DNA from: Clostridia bacterium
GTDB taxonomy: Bacteria; Bacillota; Clostridia; UMGS1883
Reading direction: 5' to 3'
DNA length: 62,744 nucleotides
NCBI GenBank assembly: GCA_051866635.1
Contig: JBJDXJ010000016.1
Coordinates: 1-62,744, forward strand
Below the pieces are notes generated by a model that was given only the letters and a program-made list of their open reading frames with translations, was not told where the DNA came from and did not search any database. The position numbers and the translations under genes were made by a program. Each line of letters begins with the position of its first letter. Position 1 is the stretch's first letter. Below, piece after piece: positions 61,033 to 62,744 of the stretch.

Positions 61033-61946
61033 TAATTCTTTCCCAATTTTTTAAACCACTTAAAGGTCATAGGCCATATTCCGCATATGAATAAAGCTAT
61101 TAGGAAATATCTTACCCCATCGCCTATATATGTGCCTTCAAAAAGTATGTTTAAAGGTCCTTTTAACTGTTCTTTTATGATAAGCACAGGAATAACTCCC
61201 AATATAAATTTTATAATCTGTACCCACCATACAGCCTGTGTATCAAAATTTATAAACCTTCTGTCAATTTCATACCCACACCAAAGCCCCAAAATGCACC
61301 CTGTTATTTTATAAGCGTTTTTTAAGGCTGAAATATAGTTATAATCATTTATGTCAACAGATAAAGGGAAAAACTCCACATATGCAAGATATAAAACCGA
61401 CAGCACCGTCATAGCGGCGAAAAAGAGACGCATATGCTTTTTACTGTGAAAACATTCCACAACAGGATAAAGTGCAAAAACAAGGCACAGTGCAATAATT
61501 GCCGACATGGAAACATCCAAAGGTGTATGCACCCCTAAATACATTCTGGACAAAGGAACAAGAACGCATATAAAAACACATATAATTCTTAGTACCCTAT
61601 TTCGGTTTGCCTTTGCAACAGCACCAAAGGAGCCTACTGACATCTGGGTATGCCCGCTTGGGAAGGAAAAGCCTTCGGCGGCTTTTTTCGCACCTTCCAC
61701 TACAGAAAGGGTCGGATCCTTTACCCAAGGGCGTGGGATACGGAATGTAATCTTTAAAAACTGATTTATCAGAATACCCATAAATCCAACCGACAAAAGG
61801 TAATATCCCTGTTTTTTATTTATACACCAAAACAGAATTAATCCCGCCAGAAGAAAAAATGTTTCTTCTCCCAGTTTTGTAACATTCAAAAAGAACATAT
61901 CAAAAAAAGGGTTTCGTATACTTTCAAAAAATCTCAATATTTCCAT
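61032..61946 (-). CDS. PAP2 family membrane phosphatase
   Basis: K....RP, SFPSGH, SRMYLGVH...D motifs; multiple TM helices. Confidence 0.93.
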   Translation of the reverse strand: MEILRFFESIRNPFFDMFFLNVTKLGEETFFLLAGLILFWCINKKQGYYLLSVGFMGILINQFLKITFRIPRPWVKDPTLSVVEGAKKAAEGFSFPSGHTQMSVGSFGAVAKANRNRVLRIICVFICVLVPLSRMYLGVHTPLDVSMSAIIALCLVFALYPVVECFHSKKHMRLFFAAMTVLSVLYLAYVEFFPLSVDINDYNYISALKNAYKITGCILGLWCGYEIDRRFINFDTQAVWWVQIIKFILGVIPVLIIKEQLKGPLNILFEGTYIGDGVRYFLIALFICGIWPMTFKWFKKLGKN

Positions 61947-62076
61947 ATGACCCCACCTTTCATTTACTTAATTATACTTCCACTTAAGAAAAAAATCAAT
62001 ATAATAAAACCAATTCCCATAAATAAGGGGAAATCACTTTTTTCAAAAAAAAGTTGAAATTTTTCGAAAAAAAGTG

Positions 62077-62105
62077 TTGACAAAACACCCCTTCATGTGT
62101 ATAAT
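62077..62105 (+). promoter_or_regulatory. Consensus sigma-A promoter of the tRNA operon
   Basis: TTGACA-17 bp-TATAAT with upstream A/T tracts. Confidence 0.9.
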
Positions 62106-62137
62106 TACTATTGTTGTGAGTGACCACTAACAGAAAC

Positions 62138-62213
62138 GCTGCCTTAGCTCAGCAGGCAGAGCACTTCCTTGGTAAGGAAGAGGTCGGCAGTTCGAATCTG
62201 CTAGGCAGCTCCA
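62138..62213 (+). tRNA. tRNA-Thr(GGT)
   Basis: 76 nt cloverleaf; anticodon arm CTTCC-TT-GGT-AA-GGAAG; TTCGAAT T-loop; encoded CCA. Confidence 0.97.
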
Positions 62214-62220
62214 ATTAAAT

Positions 62221-62296
62221 GGACCATTAGCTCAGTTGGTAGAGCACCTGACTCTTAATCAGGGTGTCCCGGGTTCGAGTCCCTGATGGTCCACCA
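62221..62296 (+). tRNA. tRNA-Lys(CTT)
   Basis: 76 nt cloverleaf; anticodon arm CCTGA-CT-CTT-AA-TCAGG; TTCGAGT T-loop; encoded CCA. Confidence 0.97.
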
Positions 62297-62660
62297 AAAA
62301 AAGACAAGTTCCGAAAGGTGCTTGTCTTTTTTACTTCTTCACTATTCACTATTACCTATTCACTAATTTTCTGGACCTTCGTATCTTCGCTCCGACGGCT
62401 TCAATCTTCGTCTTTTCAAGACTTGATTTCAGCTCGCAGGGACTCCTTGCTAAAAACAGTCCGCAGGACTGTTTTCTTAACGCTCGGACTGATGGTCCAC
62501 CAAAAAAAGACAAGTTCCGAAAGGTGCTTGTCTTTTTTACTTCTTCACTATTCACTATTACCTATTCACTAATAAGGTGGACATTCGTATCTTCGCTCCG
62601 ACGGCTTCAATCTTCGTCTTTTTAAGACTTGATTTCAGCTCGCAGGGACTCCTTGCTAAA
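62283..62660 (+). repeat. 206 bp-period tandem duplication starting with the tRNA-Lys 3' end
   Basis: Copy 1 at 62283-62488, copy 2 at 62489-62660 (truncated). Both begin CTGATGGTCCACCA and are near-identical. Confidence 0.92.
62296..62332 (+). terminator. tRNA operon terminator (duplicated at 62502-62538)
   Basis: AAAAAAGACAAGT / GCTTGTCTTTTTT stem with U-tract. Confidence 0.8.
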
Positions 62661-62744
62661 GGGGCTGTAGCAAAATAACAGCTCAAAAGATAAAAAAGTG
62701 CGATGACTCGCACTTCAACACCCCTACCCCTCAATCATGAGGGG
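62661..62744. mobile_element. Probable end of an insertion sequence or MITE, running off the window
   Basis: Homology between the tandem copies stops abruptly at GGGGCTGTAGCAAAAT, which resembles the GGGCTGT ends of the other repeats. No transposase is visible. Confidence 0.5.

Noticed and set aside
62264-62572. ORFs 62264-62572 (+) and 62352-62555 (-) with internal peptide repeats
   Set aside because: They are translations of the tRNA end and tandem DNA repeat, with no RBS or protein-like composition.
62283-62660. Possible CRISPR array
   Set aside because: Only two long near-identical units with no unique spacers, and no cas genes.

Overview
A 62.7 kb core-chromosome segment of a low-GC, probably spore-forming Clostridia-class bacterium (inferred from gene content: DacF, ThyX, GlgBCDAP, CsaB). 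About 46 CDSs are supported. They include a housekeeping operon (tagA-like, thyX, tmk, DUF2156, DJ-1, 5-FTHF cyclo-ligase, trmR, U32 peptidase, AI-2E transporter, dacF), valS, an isolated cpsC-cpsD-cpsB triplet, rpsB-tsf, nadB-nadC, a tandem pair of large secreted LamG/Ig/GH43 proteins, feoAB, phosphoglucomutase, tex, glgBCDAP, a two-component system, ychF and a pyruvylated cell-wall polysaccharide operon. tRNA-Thr(GGT) and tRNA-Lys(CTT) lie near the 3' end. I see no CRISPR array, prophage or intact transposase. The strongest candidates for novelty are: (i) a ~55-75 aa C-terminal module shared by two unrelated secreted proteins, possibly a sorting or anchoring signal; (ii) a highly structured ~160 bp repeat present twice between convergent genes, with GGGCTGT ends also seen on two other elements; (iii) a 206 bp tandem unit built from sense and antisense pieces of the tRNA-Lys 3' end; (iv) a 73 bp ends-only IS3-like element in the tsf terminator loop. 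All family assignments come from motif recognition by eye; no database search was run.
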